The notes under the pieces were generated by a model. The model searched no databases. It was not told the origin of the DNA and was given only the letters and a program-made list of their open reading frames with translations. Of a stretch of DNA of 64,000 nt, positions 39,859 through 50,183 are shown in pieces. The stretch comes from Candidatus Avibacteroides excrementipullorum. GTDB taxonomy: Bacteria; Bacteroidota; Bacteroidia; Bacteroidales; Bacteroidaceae. The position numbers and the translations under genes were made by a program. The stretch's first letter is position 1, and every line of letters starts with the position of its first letter. The DNA lies in contig DVIH01000088.1 in assembly GCA_018711405.1 (NCBI GenBank), positions 26,633 through 90,632 of the forward strand. Direction: 5' to 3'.

Positions 39859-42048
39859 TCAGTTCACAATCACTTCATCGAGGAAGAACCATGCAGGATA
39901 GCCCACCCCGTAATGCCACGAAGGACAATTGCCTATGGTCTTGACAAAGACCTTGACATAACGCGCGCTGACCGGCCGGTCCGACTGCACCTTGCCCTCC
40001 ACAAACTTTATCTGCAAATCCCTGTCTTCGGGGAAAGCATACGAGCCGAAATCGGTGTAGTGTTCGCCATCAGAGGAGACGGAATAGCTGACGCTCGCCG
40101 GCAACAGCACCCACCCTCCGAGCTGGTGCAGGAAGTCGGTGCTTATCGTGGTAAATTCCGTTTCTCTCCCCAAGTCGATGACAAACTCTGCATCGCGGCC
40201 TTCCCAGCCTACCCAGCTCTCCACATACGAAGAACCGCCGAACAGACCATCGGTCAAAGCCTTGCCGGCTATCGGCATATATCGTTCCGCAGGCTGCTTT
40301 ATCATGGTCACTTTGGCTCCTATCGCCTTGCTGCGCACCTCGCCCGGCAGGAATCTCTTCAGATAAAGCTCGCAATAATCGGCAATGGGATTGTTTCTCT
40401 CGTTCAGGCTCTGCACGCCATACTCCGCCGCACGCTGCCTGAACTCCTCGAGCAAGGCTATCACTTCGGTCTTGTCGCCATGCGGATCGGTGCGCGCAAT
40501 CTCCAGTTCTGAATACTGCAAAGGCAGACGCGAGATGCGCACTCTGCGCAGCAGTTCGTCATCGCCCTGCACAGCCTGCTCCGCCCGGTCGAACAGTTCA
40601 TCGTAAGTCTTCAACAGATTTGCATTGAGCATGCCATCCTTATGGCTTATGGGCGAATCGTATATCCACAAGTCTTTTCCGCTCGCCAGCAAAGCTCCCT
40701 GCATGATTTTCAAATACTGGTAAAGGTGTGTCGAAGCCGCTCCATAGTAGCCGTCCATGAAAGAACGCATCAGCGAGTCGGCATCGAGATAAGGATTCCA
40801 CATGAGTTTGGCAAGCATGTATGCCCTGAGTTCCGAAAAATCGGTGCCTTTGGTGCCGTTGACCTGCTCGAACAGCATGTTCGCATGATTTTTGTGAAAC
40901 AGCTGTATATTCTTTTGCAATATGTGGAAATTGGGGAAGGGGGAGACCATGTTGTCAAAGTTTATCCCGTAATCCCACACGAATATATTGTTTGATATTG
41001 CAGCCCAGCCCTCCAATGCCTTGACAAAATCTCTGCCCGAAGCATTGTCGGTGAGCGGCACTTCACGCTTGCAGTCAATGTCACACAGCATGATATTCAC
41101 ATTGTCCAACGGCTTGACATGCTTTGGCGGATGCATGGTAAACAAGTATGCGAGGGTGGAAATCTCTTTGTCGGGAAACCTCTCGGCCAGTTTGTTCATG
41201 AAACGGATGAAGTTGCCCGACGGACTGCCCTCGTATTCATCCACCGCCTTGCACGCCGGACAGGAGCAGTTGGTGTTGTTACCGTCATTCTGGCTGACGG
41301 AAATCATGTTCATGCCCGGATTGGCCTTGAAGATGGAATCAATCTTCTGCACAGCCAGTTCAAACACTTCCGGATTTGTCAGACACCATTGACTGTGGTC
41401 GCCCGGCTGCCTCTTGCCGTTGATGAAAGAATAATATTCGGGATGCTCTTCCCCGTAGACCTCAGCAGGGAGTATGCGGTTGAACGTATGCACCCACATG
41501 CCGTCTGCGAAAATATCTTCCGGATCTTCCAGACGGAACCACATCTTATATATAGGGTCCTCATTGCCATAGCTAAATGTCTGGCGGTATCTGAAAGCCG
41601 GAGTCTGTGCCTCGTCTATGACGGGCAGGACTATACTCCCGCACGAATCAAATTCACAGATGTCTTTGGCATAATAACGCACTCCCAGATAGTCTTCAAG
41701 CAAAGTCACAACTCCATATATGGCGCCTTTGCCTCCGCCGCTGCGCACGGTCAGCTTACCGTCTTTGCAGACTATCTCAAAGCCGTCTTCACCGGCACGG
41801 CCGGTCGTACCGCCAATGATTATGTCTCCCCCGCCGGCCGGCCCGGTTATGTCGAGTGTGGCTCCGGTCATCCTTTTCACAAAATCCTGCAACAATCCGG
41901 CGGCTGTGCGGTTTATCTCGTTGTCTTCACTGCACGATATTTCGGCCACCGGTCTTCCGTCTTTCACCACAGTCATCTGCGCATACGCACCGACCGGACT
42001 CAAGCAAGCCCCAAGAGACAGGGCTGCACATAAAATCTTTTTATTCAT
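39859..42048 (-). CDS. DUF4838-like putative glycoside hydrolase with C-terminal discoidin-like domain
   Basis: 729 aa with a signal peptide and a GH20b/GH67-N-like N-terminal fold typical of DUF4838 proteins. Its C-terminal domain ends ...WFFLDEVIVN, paralleling the GH20 C-terminus ...AFIFVDEITVN. Confidence 0.65.
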   Translation of the reverse strand: MNKKILCAALSLGACLSPVGAYAQMTVVKDGRPVAEISCSEDNEINRTAAGLLQDFVKRMTGATLDITGPAGGGDIIIGGTTGRAGEDGFEIVCKDGKLTVRSGGGKGAIYGVVTLLEDYLGVRYYAKDICEFDSCGSIVLPVIDEAQTPAFRYRQTFSYGNEDPIYKMWFRLEDPEDIFADGMWVHTFNRILPAEVYGEEHPEYYSFINGKRQPGDHSQWCLTNPEVFELAVQKIDSIFKANPGMNMISVSQNDGNNTNCSCPACKAVDEYEGSPSGNFIRFMNKLAERFPDKEISTLAYLFTMHPPKHVKPLDNVNIMLCDIDCKREVPLTDNASGRDFVKALEGWAAISNNIFVWDYGINFDNMVSPFPNFHILQKNIQLFHKNHANMLFEQVNGTKGTDFSELRAYMLAKLMWNPYLDADSLMRSFMDGYYGAASTHLYQYLKIMQGALLASGKDLWIYDSPISHKDGMLNANLLKTYDELFDRAEQAVQGDDELLRRVRISRLPLQYSELEIARTDPHGDKTEVIALLEEFRQRAAEYGVQSLNERNNPIADYCELYLKRFLPGEVRSKAIGAKVTMIKQPAERYMPIAGKALTDGLFGGSSYVESWVGWEGRDAEFVIDLGRETEFTTISTDFLHQLGGWVLLPASVSYSVSSDGEHYTDFGSYAFPEDRDLQIKFVEGKVQSDRPVSARYVKVFVKTIGNCPSWHYGVGYPAWFFLDEVIVN

Positions 42049-42088
42049 ACTATAGGTTTAATAAACACATGTAACAATAACAAGAGAA

Positions 42089-42096
42089 CAAATATA
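42089..42096 (-). promoter_or_regulatory. candidate -7 promoter element (TATATTTG on minus strand) for the DUF4838-GH20 pair
   Basis: Plus-strand CAAATATA is minus-strand TATATTTG, 41 nt upstream of the start at 42048. No exact -33. Confidence 0.4.
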
Positions 42097-42214
42097 TATC
42101 ATTTTTTCATTACAGTTTGCTTTTCTTCCCACCTTTATCCGTGCTGAAACATTTCCTTTCTTGTCTTTTCCGATAAAAAGACGCATCTTTGCACCGACAA
42201 ACAAAATCGCATAT

Positions 42215-43264
42215 ATGACGACAGACGAACTGTTTATGACACGCGCATACACGCTTGCGCTCGGCGGGAAATTTCATGCCGCACCCAACCCGATGGTAGG
42301 AGCCGTAATAGTACATGACGGCAAAATCATAGGCGAAGGTTTTCACCGCCGTTGCGGACAGGCACATGCCGAAGTGAATGCAATAGCATCGGTGAAAGAC
42401 CAGGCACTGTTGCCGCAGTCTACGCTATACGTCACACTGGAACCGTGCTCACACTATGGAAAGACCCCGCCATGCGCAGACCTGATAATAGAAAAAAAGA
42501 TAAAGAGGGTCGTAGTGGGCTGCACTGACCCTTTCGAGAAAGTGCATGGCAACGGCATAAAAAAACTCCTCGAAGCCGGAATAGATGTGACAACAGGCGT
42601 GCTGAGGGAAAAATGCGAGAAACTGAACGCACCGTTCATCACGTTCCATACACGCAAACGTCCGTACATAACACTGAAATGGGCGCAAAGCGCAGACGGA
42701 TTCATAGGTTCGGACAATAACGAGAGACTGTCAATATCCACACCTTTCACACAAATGCTCGTACACAGGATGCGTGCATACAATTCGGCCATAATGGTGG
42801 GAAGCGTCACGGCCAAGCTCGACAACCCATCGCTTACCACACGGCTGTGGCCAGGCAAGTCTCCTCTCAGAGTAGTCACAGACAGGCATCTGAAACTGCC
42901 GCAGAGCCTAAACCTGTTCGACGGTACATCGCCCACGCTTGTCTTCACTACCAAAAAAGATTGCCCGGAATGGAAAAATGTAGAATTCATTACGATTGAC
43001 GAAAAGGACTACGGCATACCTGCGTTTCTGAATATCCTTTATGAAAAAGGATGCCAGACATTGCTCGTTGAAGGCGGCAGCAGGCTGCTACAGTCGTTCA
43101 TCGATGCCGGGACATGGGACAAAGCTCAAATAGAGACCCGCCTGTCAATGCTCGCAGGCAATGGCACCCCCGCACCGCAATTGCATGATGCCACACTGAT
43201 AGCAGGCAAACAATGTTTCGGCTCGGAAGTGAGAATATTCGCCAACGGCAAAAGCCGCATCTGA
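42215..43264 (+). CDS. ribD: bifunctional riboflavin biosynthesis protein RibD (deaminase/reductase)
   Basis: Cytidine-deaminase zinc motifs HAEVNAI and TLEPCSHYGKTPPC, with a C-terminal RibD reductase domain. The ATG at 42215 (MTTDELFMTRA) is preferred over the upstream alternative start at 42161. Confidence 0.93.
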   Translation: MTTDELFMTRAYTLALGGKFHAAPNPMVGAVIVHDGKIIGEGFHRRCGQAHAEVNAIASVKDQALLPQSTLYVTLEPCSHYGKTPPCADLIIEKKIKRVVVGCTDPFEKVHGNGIKKLLEAGIDVTTGVLREKCEKLNAPFITFHTRKRPYITLKWAQSADGFIGSDNNERLSISTPFTQMLVHRMRAYNSAIMVGSVTAKLDNPSLTTRLWPGKSPLRVVTDRHLKLPQSLNLFDGTSPTLVFTTKKDCPEWKNVEFITIDEKDYGIPAFLNILYEKGCQTLLVEGGSRLLQSFIDAGTWDKAQIETRLSMLAGNGTPAPQLHDATLIAGKQCFGSEVRIFANGKSRI

Positions 43265-43282
43265 AAACGACAAGAGCCGACA

Positions 43283-43306
43283 GGCCGCCGTCTTTGCGGT
43301 TTTTTA
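43283..43306 (+). terminator. weak stem-loop + T6 after ribD
   Basis: CCGC/GCGG form a 4-bp stem, extendable by G-U pairs, with loop CGTCTTT, followed by TTTTTT. It is short, so this is tentative. Confidence 0.35.
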
Positions 43307-43360
43307 TTCTAATTTTCTATAAAACTTACATCAGCATTAGTCTGTAACACAAATTGTTCT

Positions 43361-43368
43361 TATTTTTG
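43361..43368 (+). promoter_or_regulatory. candidate -7 promoter element (TATTTTTG)
   Basis: Exact TAnnTTTG match 27 nt upstream of the ATG at 43395. Confidence 0.4.
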
Positions 43369-43394
43369 TCAGTTGAAAACATTAAAATCGAGAC

Positions 43395-44810
43395 ATGAAG
43401 TTTAAATTAAATTGTTTGGTCTTTCTTGCCATATCATTGTTCACACTCATTTCTTGTGACTTTGGTGACCAGGACTTTGATGACGAATACGAAACAATCT
43501 CCATGATTACGTCCGTTGCTTTCAAAGACGACCTGAAAGTGTTCAGCAGAAAAGCCGGAACCACATCAAGCGGCGCGGACACTACAATAATAGACACGAC
43601 ATACATAGCCGCAGAAGACTGCAAATTCACCATAGACCAAAAAAACAAACACATCTACACGTCAGATTCCCTCCCGTTCGGAACGGACGTATCCAATGTG
43701 ACTATCACAATAGGATATAAAGGATACAACCTCACAAAAGTATTGAAAGAAGATGGTGACAACGTGACCGATACTACATGGAGCAATGTAGATCCGATAG
43801 ATTTGAGAAAACCAGTGAAATTCAAAGTATATGCACAAGTGATTAACGTGTATGACATATATACGGTAGAAGCGCGTGTACATCAGGTAGACCCAATGAA
43901 AATGGGATGGACGAAAATATCCGACTCCTTTTCAGGCGGAGAAGCAGACGGAGAACAAAGAAGCATCCTTTTCAACGGGAAAATATACACATTCGCCTAT
44001 ACGGGAGGCACACCGGCCATATTCTCCACTGACGTAAACGATGGCAATTCCTGGCGCAAAGACATCCCGTCATTCCCTGAAAGCATGAACATAAACTCAG
44101 TATGCACATACGGCAGACAAATCTACATGGCCTCGACAAACGGAAATGTCTACACATCCGATGACGGACTCAACTGGAGCAAGAAAGAAAATCTGAGCGG
44201 CAACATCCTTACCTTTGTAGGAAAGATGCAATACAAATCAAACGAAAGGCTAATCGCCTTATCGTCTGCCGGAGAAGGCAGGGAAATAAAAGTAAGCGAT
44301 GACGGACAGACATGGCAAGCAAGCGCATCCGTATCCGAATACTTCCCTGAAGACTGTTTTTCTGGATTTGAAAAGCGTTCCCTCACAAACAGCAGCATAA
44401 ACAACTACTATGTCATGGGACGGGAAAGAAGCGACTATGCACTGTCTGACACAGCGTCATTCGCATGGTTCACCCTTGACGGACTGGAATGGGCCGAGAT
44501 GAGAGCCAACTACACGCTGGTATTGCCAAAGATGACTAAACCGACATATATGTTTTACGGAGACGAAACACTTGCTTTCGGCTACGGGCCAAAGACTGCT
44601 TTCGAATCGTTTTATTATTCGGAAGACTTGGGACTGGTATGGCGGGAAAAGACAGGCGACCCCGCATTGCCTGAGGAGTTTGCGGGCAGAAACGAATATT
44701 CATCACTGGTCGATGACGATGACAATGTCTGGATAATCTGGAGCGCATCTGAAAAGAACAGCGATGAGGTATGGAGAGGTAAGATAAACAAAGCCTACTT
44801 TAGCGAATGA
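43395..44810 (+). CDS. lipoprotein with BNR/Asp-box beta-propeller-like C-terminal region
   Basis: 471 aa. The signal peptide with lipobox is LFTLISC. Asp-box-like motifs are TSDDGLNWSK, VSDDGQTWQA and SEDLGLVWRE. Confidence 0.7.
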   Translation: MKFKLNCLVFLAISLFTLISCDFGDQDFDDEYETISMITSVAFKDDLKVFSRKAGTTSSGADTTIIDTTYIAAEDCKFTIDQKNKHIYTSDSLPFGTDVSNVTITIGYKGYNLTKVLKEDGDNVTDTTWSNVDPIDLRKPVKFKVYAQVINVYDIYTVEARVHQVDPMKMGWTKISDSFSGGEADGEQRSILFNGKIYTFAYTGGTPAIFSTDVNDGNSWRKDIPSFPESMNINSVCTYGRQIYMASTNGNVYTSDDGLNWSKKENLSGNILTFVGKMQYKSNERLIALSSAGEGREIKVSDDGQTWQASASVSEYFPEDCFSGFEKRSLTNSSINNYYVMGRERSDYALSDTASFAWFTLDGLEWAEMRANYTLVLPKMTKPTYMFYGDETLAFGYGPKTAFESFYYSEDLGLVWREKTGDPALPEEFAGRNEYSSLVDDDDNVWIIWSASEKNSDEVWRGKINKAYFSE

Positions 44811-44891
44811 ATAAAAAATTGTGAACAAACATAATTTACAGAGAAATACGGCGTTTCATTTATAAACAAATGTGCGTAAAACCAAAATGTC

Positions 44892-45599
44892 ATGATGAAT
44901 ATAATCCGTAAGGCTCTGTTAATAATAACTGTTTCGGCTTTTTCGATTCATTCCTATGGACAGGAGATAGAATATTCACTGGAGCTGGGAGGCATGGCCG
45001 GCGGAAGTTTCTATATGGGAGACGCCAACTACAGCCACCTCTTCATGGAAACAGGCTTATGCGGAGGTGCAGTATTGCGCCAATTGCTGAATCCGCACAT
45101 GGCCGTAAAATATGACCTTGCGGCAGGAAAGATTTCCGGCGACACGAGAAACATAAAAGATGCTTTTCCGCACGATGCCCGCATGACATTCAGCCGCACA
45201 GTGATAGACGCCGGCGCACAATTTGAATACAATTTCTGGAGCTACGGCACCGGAAAAGGATATAAAGGGACAAAAAGACTTACGCCCTATATTTTAGGAG
45301 GAATAGGGTTTACATTCGCTCCGGCTCCGGCCGACAATGTATTCACCTTAAATTTCCCGATAGGCGTAGGCGTGAAATACAAGCTCCTTGACCGCCTCAA
45401 TGTCGGCATAGAGTTTACAATGAGGTTCAGCATGTCCGACCGTCTTGACGTGACAGACAAAAACGGCCTGACACTGCAAAACCCGTTTAACATAAAAGGC
45501 AAAGGCATAAAAAACAAAGACAGCTATTCTTTCACCGCCATCTTTGTGACATATGACCTCAAGCCTAAATACAGAAAATGTAACAATATTGATTTATAG
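44892..45599 (+). CDS. outer-membrane beta-barrel protein (DUF6089-like)
   Basis: 235 aa with a signal peptide. Alternating hydrophobic beta-strand pattern and a C-terminal aromatic-rich strand. It sits in the conserved position upstream of uppS-bamA. Confidence 0.65.
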   Translation: MMNIIRKALLIITVSAFSIHSYGQEIEYSLELGGMAGGSFYMGDANYSHLFMETGLCGGAVLRQLLNPHMAVKYDLAAGKISGDTRNIKDAFPHDARMTFSRTVIDAGAQFEYNFWSYGTGKGYKGTKRLTPYILGGIGFTFAPAPADNVFTLNFPIGVGVKYKLLDRLNVGIEFTMRFSMSDRLDVTDKNGLTLQNPFNIKGKGIKNKDSYSFTAIFVTYDLKPKYRKCNNIDL

Positions 45600-45604
45600 A
45601 CGAC

Positions 45605-46336
45605 ATGTCGTATAAAGAACTGATAGATTTCGAGCGGATACCGGCCCATATAGCCATAATCATGGACGGGAACGGGAGATGGGCGAAAAAAAGAGGATTC
45701 GCAAGGAGCTTCGGCCACCAGGCAGGAGCAGAAACAGTGCATGTCATAGCGGAAGAAGCCGCAAGGTCGGGTGTAAAATATCTGACGCTTTACACTTTTT
45801 CCACAGAAAATTGGAACAGGCCGGCCGATGAAGTAACCGCACTGATGCAGCTGCTGATAGACCAGATAGAAGAAGAAACCTTCATGAAAAACAACATAAG
45901 GTTCAGAATCATAGGAGAAGAAAGCAGACTGCCGGAAAACGTGAGAGACAGGCTTCACAAATGCATTGAGCACACATCGGGCAACACCGGGATGTGCATG
46001 ACACTGGCTCTGAGCTATTCATCGCGCTGGGAGATAACGGAAGCTGCAAAACGCATTGCCGCAGAAGTAGCGGCAAAACGACTCGACATAGATGCCATAG
46101 ATCAGGACTGCCTGTCGGCTCACATGACCACCAGTTTCATGCCCGACCCGGACCTGCTCATAAGAACCGGAGGCGAATTGCGGCTGAGCAACTACCTGTT
46201 ATGGCAATGCGCATATTCCGAACTGTATTTCTGCGACACATTCTGGCCTGATTTCAAAGAAGAAGAATTCTATAAAGCCATTTATAATTACCAACAAAGA
46301 GAACGCCGCTTCGGCAAAACAAGTGAACAATTATAA
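45605..46336 (+). CDS. uppS: di-trans,poly-cis-undecaprenyl-diphosphate synthase
   Basis: 243 aa. Motifs [19 protein letters not shown] and [15 protein letters not shown]. Confidence 0.95.
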   Translation: MSYKELIDFERIPAHIAIIMDGNGRWAKKRGFARSFGHQAGAETVHVIAEEAARSGVKYLTLYTFSTENWNRPADEVTALMQLLIDQIEEETFMKNNIRFRIIGEESRLPENVRDRLHKCIEHTSGNTGMCMTLALSYSSRWEITEAAKRIAAEVAAKRLDIDAIDQDCLSAHMTTSFMPDPDLLIRTGGELRLSNYLLWQCAYSELYFCDTFWPDFKEEEFYKAIYNYQQRERRFGKTSEQL

Positions 46337-46346
46337 AAGAGAGACA

Positions 46347-48977
46347 ATGCTTCAGCGTTTTTACATAACAATCATTCTGCTTTGCTTCATCAGCACCCAT
46401 TTCGCATTCGCACAAGATGAAGCAGAATCAGACAGCATAAAAAACCTACCATCCATAGTCTATACGGGAACCCCCAAGAAATATGAAATAGCCGACATTC
46501 AGGTGGAAGGAGCCCCCAACTACGAAGACTTCACCATCATAGGATTGTCAGGCTTGGCCGTGGGACAGACCATAAGCGTGCCGGGCGATGAAATCACCGA
46601 TGCGGTCAGAAGATACTGGAGACACGGGCTCTTCTCGGACGTAAAAATATCTGCCACAAAAATAGACAGAAACAAGATATGGCTCCTCATAAGCGTAAAA
46701 CTGCGCCCGAGAGCTTCGGAAATCAGATATCACGGGGTGAAAAAAAGCGAAAGGGAAGACCTGGAAGAAAAGATAGGACTCATAAAAGGCAGCCAGATCA
46801 CACCCAACATAATAAACCGCACGGAATTCCTCATAAGACAGTACTTCGATGACAAAGGATATAAGAACGCAGACATCAATATAATGCAGCAAGATGATGT
46901 ATCGGCAGAAAACGAAGTCATAGTAGATATTTATATAGACAAGAAGACAAAAATAAAAGTCAACTCCATCGTTTTCGATGGCAACAAAGCTCTCTCTGAA
47001 AACAAGCTCAGGCGTGCCATGAAGAAGACCAACCAAAGGTTCAAACTCGTTACGCTCTTCCGCCCCAAGAAATTCATCCCGGAGAAATACGAAGAAGACA
47101 AGCAGCTCATCATCGACAAATACAACGAATACGGTTACAGAGACGCACGCATCCTGTGCGATAGCGTATGGGCGCACGATGACAAGACAGTAAACGTATA
47201 CATCAAGATAGAAGAAGGAGATAAGTATTACATCAGAAACATCAACTGGATAGGCAACACTCTTTATCCGTCGGAATGGCTCGATGCCCAGCTGAACATG
47301 AAAAAAGGCGATGTCTACAATCAAAAAAAACTGGCGGAACGTCTCAACACCGACCAGGACGCGATAGGCAACCTTTATTACAACAACGGATACATATTCT
47401 ACAGCCTCGAACCGGTGGAAGTCAATATAGAGAAAGACTCTGTCGACCTCGAAATGAGGATATACGAAGGAAAACAGGCTACGATAAGCAAAGTCATAAT
47501 CAACGGAAACACCAGACTCTACGACAACGTGGTCAGAAGAGAGTTGCGCACCATACCGGGAGCTTTGTTCAGCAAAGACGATATGGAACGTTCCTACCGT
47601 GAAATAGCGCAGATGGGACACTTCAACCCCGAGACAATAGACCTGAGACCGGAACCGCATCCGGAAGATGGTACAGTGGACATCATATACAACCTCGAAA
47701 CCAAATCGAGCGACCAGATAGAATTCTCCGCCGGATGGGGACAGACAGGTATCATCGGACGAATAGGGCTGAAGTTTACCAACTTCTCCATGGCCAACCT
47801 GTTCAATAAATCGAAGAACTACAAAGGCATACTGCCGCAAGGCGATGGACAGACACTGTCCATAAGCGGCCAGACTAACGGACAGTACTACCAGTCGTAC
47901 AGCATATCTTTCCTCGACCCATGGTTCGGCGGCAAGAGACCTAACTCATTCTCGGTAACCGCCTACTACTCCAAACAGACAGATGTGGCCGACAACTATT
48001 ATAACCAAGCATGGCTCTACAACTCCATGTCGAGCATGTACGGCAGCTACTACAACAACAGCTACAACACTTACGAATCTTATTACGACCCAGATCAGTA
48101 TGTCAAGATGTTCGGCGTGTCAGTAGCATTCGGAAAAAGACTCAAATGGCCCGATGACTATTTCACGTTCTCGGCAGAGTTGTCATACCAGAGATATATA
48201 TTGAGAGACTGGGACTACTTCCCCGTAACCAACGGCAACTGCAACAACCTGAGCCTCAACCTTACCCTCGCCCGCAGCTCCATAGACAACCCCATCTATC
48301 CGAGACGCGGCTCCGAATTCTCGCTCACGGCGCAGATCACACCGCCATACTCCCTCATTTCGGGCAAAGACTACTCGCAATACGCACAAAGCATGTCAGA
48401 CCCCAACTATCAGGAAGACCAAAACAAAATGCACAAATGGGTGGAATACCACAAATGGAAATTCAAATGGAAATCCTACCTCGCCCTGTCGGGTGCCAAG
48501 AAATGCCCGGTACTCATGACACGTGCGGAATTCGGCATCGTGGGACACTACAACAAATACAAGAAATCTCCGTTCGAGACATTCGATGTGGGAGGCTCTG
48601 GCATGTCGGGATACTCCAGCGGATATGCCACTGAAACCATCGGACTGAGAGGATATGAAGACAACTCGCTCACCCCGTACAGAGGATATGAAGGCTACGC
48701 ATACACCCGCTTGACACTGGAATTCAGGCAGGCCATCATACTCGAAGCCCAGACACAGGTCTACGCGCTGGCATTCGTAGAAGCGGGAAACGCATGGCAT
48801 GACGTGAAAAACTTCTCACCGTTCGACCTCAAACGTTCGGCCGGAGTGGGCGTGAGAATCTTCCTGCCCATGGTGGGACTGCTCGGGTTGGACTGGGCAT
48901 ACGGATTCGACCCCGTATTCGGAAGCCGCGAATCGAGCGGAAGCCAATTGCACTTCGTGTTAGGACAAGAATTTTAA
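46347..48977 (+). CDS. bamA: outer membrane protein assembly factor BamA
   Basis: About 876 aa with a signal peptide, five POTRA-like repeats and a C-terminal Omp85 barrel ending ...LHFVLGQEF. The ATG at 46347 is preferred over the GTG at 46323, which overlaps uppS. Confidence 0.93.
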   Translation: MLQRFYITIILLCFISTHFAFAQDEAESDSIKNLPSIVYTGTPKKYEIADIQVEGAPNYEDFTIIGLSGLAVGQTISVPGDEITDAVRRYWRHGLFSDVKISATKIDRNKIWLLISVKLRPRASEIRYHGVKKSEREDLEEKIGLIKGSQITPNIINRTEFLIRQYFDDKGYKNADINIMQQDDVSAENEVIVDIYIDKKTKIKVNSIVFDGNKALSENKLRRAMKKTNQRFKLVTLFRPKKFIPEKYEEDKQLIIDKYNEYGYRDARILCDSVWAHDDKTVNVYIKIEEGDKYYIRNINWIGNTLYPSEWLDAQLNMKKGDVYNQKKLAERLNTDQDAIGNLYYNNGYIFYSLEPVEVNIEKDSVDLEMRIYEGKQATISKVIINGNTRLYDNVVRRELRTIPGALFSKDDMERSYREIAQMGHFNPETIDLRPEPHPEDGTVDIIYNLETKSSDQIEFSAGWGQTGIIGRIGLKFTNFSMANLFNKSKNYKGILPQGDGQTLSISGQTNGQYYQSYSISFLDPWFGGKRPNSFSVTAYYSKQTDVADNYYNQAWLYNSMSSMYGSYYNNSYNTYESYYDPDQYVKMFGVSVAFGKRLKWPDDYFTFSAELSYQRYILRDWDYFPVTNGNCNNLSLNLTLARSSIDNPIYPRRGSEFSLTAQITPPYSLISGKDYSQYAQSMSDPNYQEDQNKMHKWVEYHKWKFKWKSYLALSGAKKCPVLMTRAEFGIVGHYNKYKKSPFETFDVGGSGMSGYSSGYATETIGLRGYEDNSLTPYRGYEGYAYTRLTLEFRQAIILEAQTQVYALAFVEAGNAWHDVKNFSPFDLKRSAGVGVRIFLPMVGLLGLDWAYGFDPVFGSRESSGSQLHFVLGQEF

Positions 48978-48998
48978 CAACTAAAACCACAAAGATTT

Positions 48999-49514
48999 AT
49001 GAAAAAGTTTTTTTTGACATTGATAATGCTGGCAGGAATAGCCATAGCAGGACAGGCGCAGAAATTCGCACTCATCGACATGGAATACATCCTGAAAAAC
49101 ATACCGGCATACGAAAGGGCAGCCGAACAGCTGAACCAGATATCAAAGAAATGGCAAAGCGAAGTGGAAACGCTGGCCAACGAAGCCGAAACACTCTACA
49201 AAAACTACCAGTCGGAAGCCGTATATCTCTCGGAAGAGCAGAAAACACAGAAAGAACAGGAGATAGTAGACAAGGAAAAAGAAGTGGTGGAACTCAAACA
49301 GAAATATTTCGGCCCGGAAGGAGAACTGTTCAAAAAACGCGAAAGCCTCATCAAACCCATACAAGACGAGATATACAACGCCGTGAAAGAAGTGTCGGAA
49401 AACAAAGGCTACTCGCTGGTCATAGACCGCGCATCAGACATGAGCATCATATTCGCATCGCCCAAAATAGACATAAGCAACGAAGTCTTGACCAAAATGG
49501 GATATTCTAATTAA
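48999..49514 (+). CDS. OmpH/Skp family periplasmic chaperone
   Basis: 171 aa with a signal peptide and a long Glu/Lys/Gln-rich coiled-coil. It is directly downstream of bamA. Confidence 0.88.
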   Translation: MKKFFLTLIMLAGIAIAGQAQKFALIDMEYILKNIPAYERAAEQLNQISKKWQSEVETLANEAETLYKNYQSEAVYLSEEQKTQKEQEIVDKEKEVVELKQKYFGPEGELFKKRESLIKPIQDEIYNAVKEVSENKGYSLVIDRASDMSIIFASPKIDISNEVLTKMGYSN

Positions 49515-49585
49515 TTTTTTATACTTTTGCAAAGCAATAGAGAAACTGAATAATAAACAAATAATTAAAATAAAACATAGCAACC

Positions 49586-50098
49586 ATGATGAAAAAACTT
49601 CTTTTGATAGTACTGTTGGCACTGCCGATGGGAATCTTCGCACAGAACCTGAAATTCGGACACCTCAGATCATCTGAAATCATCCCGCTCATGGCAGAAT
49701 ACACCAAAGCACAGACTGACCTGCAAGGCTACTTCAAAAACTATCAGGACGAGCTGAAAAAGCTGGAAGACGAGTTCAACAAAAAGGTAACAGAATTCCA
49801 AAACGAGGAAAAGACACTGCCGGAAAACATCAAAAACCGCAGACAGCAGGAATTGCAGGACATGGCTACAAGAGCACAGGAATTCCAGACCACAAGCGAA
49901 CAAGACATGCAGAAAAAACAGCAGGAACTGATGGCTCCGATACTGCAAAAGGCAAACGATGCCATCACGGCAGTGGGACAGGAACAAGGTTTCACCTACA
50001 TCTTCGACCTTGACAGCACACCCATACCCTACGTGAATGAGACGACAAGCACAGACGTAACGGCAGCGGTAAAGGCCAAGCTCGGAATCACACAATAA
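49586..50098 (+). CDS. OmpH/Skp family periplasmic chaperone (second paralog)
   Basis: 170 aa with the same architecture as the preceding gene. Confidence 0.88.
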   Translation: MMKKLLLIVLLALPMGIFAQNLKFGHLRSSEIIPLMAEYTKAQTDLQGYFKNYQDELKKLEDEFNKKVTEFQNEEKTLPENIKNRRQQELQDMATRAQEFQTTSEQDMQKKQQELMAPILQKANDAITAVGQEQGFTYIFDLDSTPIPYVNETTSTDVTAAVKAKLGITQ

Positions 50099-50136
50099 GA
50101 AAAGACACTTTTTTTCATAATACAAAACTACGACAC

Positions 50137-50177
50137 GGAGCTGCTTATCGTAACACATAAGCCGCTCCTTTTTCTTT
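50137..50177 (+). terminator. putative intrinsic terminator after the bamA-skp-skp block
   Basis: GGAGCTGCTTAT (50137-50148) pairs with ATAAGCCGCTCC (50157-50168). This is a 12-bp stem with one mismatch and an 8-nt loop, followed by TTTTTCTTT. Confidence 0.6.
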
Positions 50178-50183
50178 ACACAA

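Noticed and set aside
42049-42214. Possible FMN riboswitch upstream of ribD.
   Set aside because: The 166-nt leader is AT-rich and lacks the conserved FMN-element GC-rich core (AGGxxCGGGGxxAAATTCCC-like segments). No convincing multi-stem structure is seen.
46548-47840. 430-aa minus-strand ORF antisense to bamA. Similar cases are 1794-2438, 2820-3419, 33045-33557, 36566-37507, 41119-42033, 50145-51158, 54670-55356 and 62162-62908.
   Set aside because: All are fully nested in confidently identified genes on the opposite strand. They have Phe/Val/Tyr/Cys-rich nonsense-like composition and lack start context, so I treated them as shadow ORFs.
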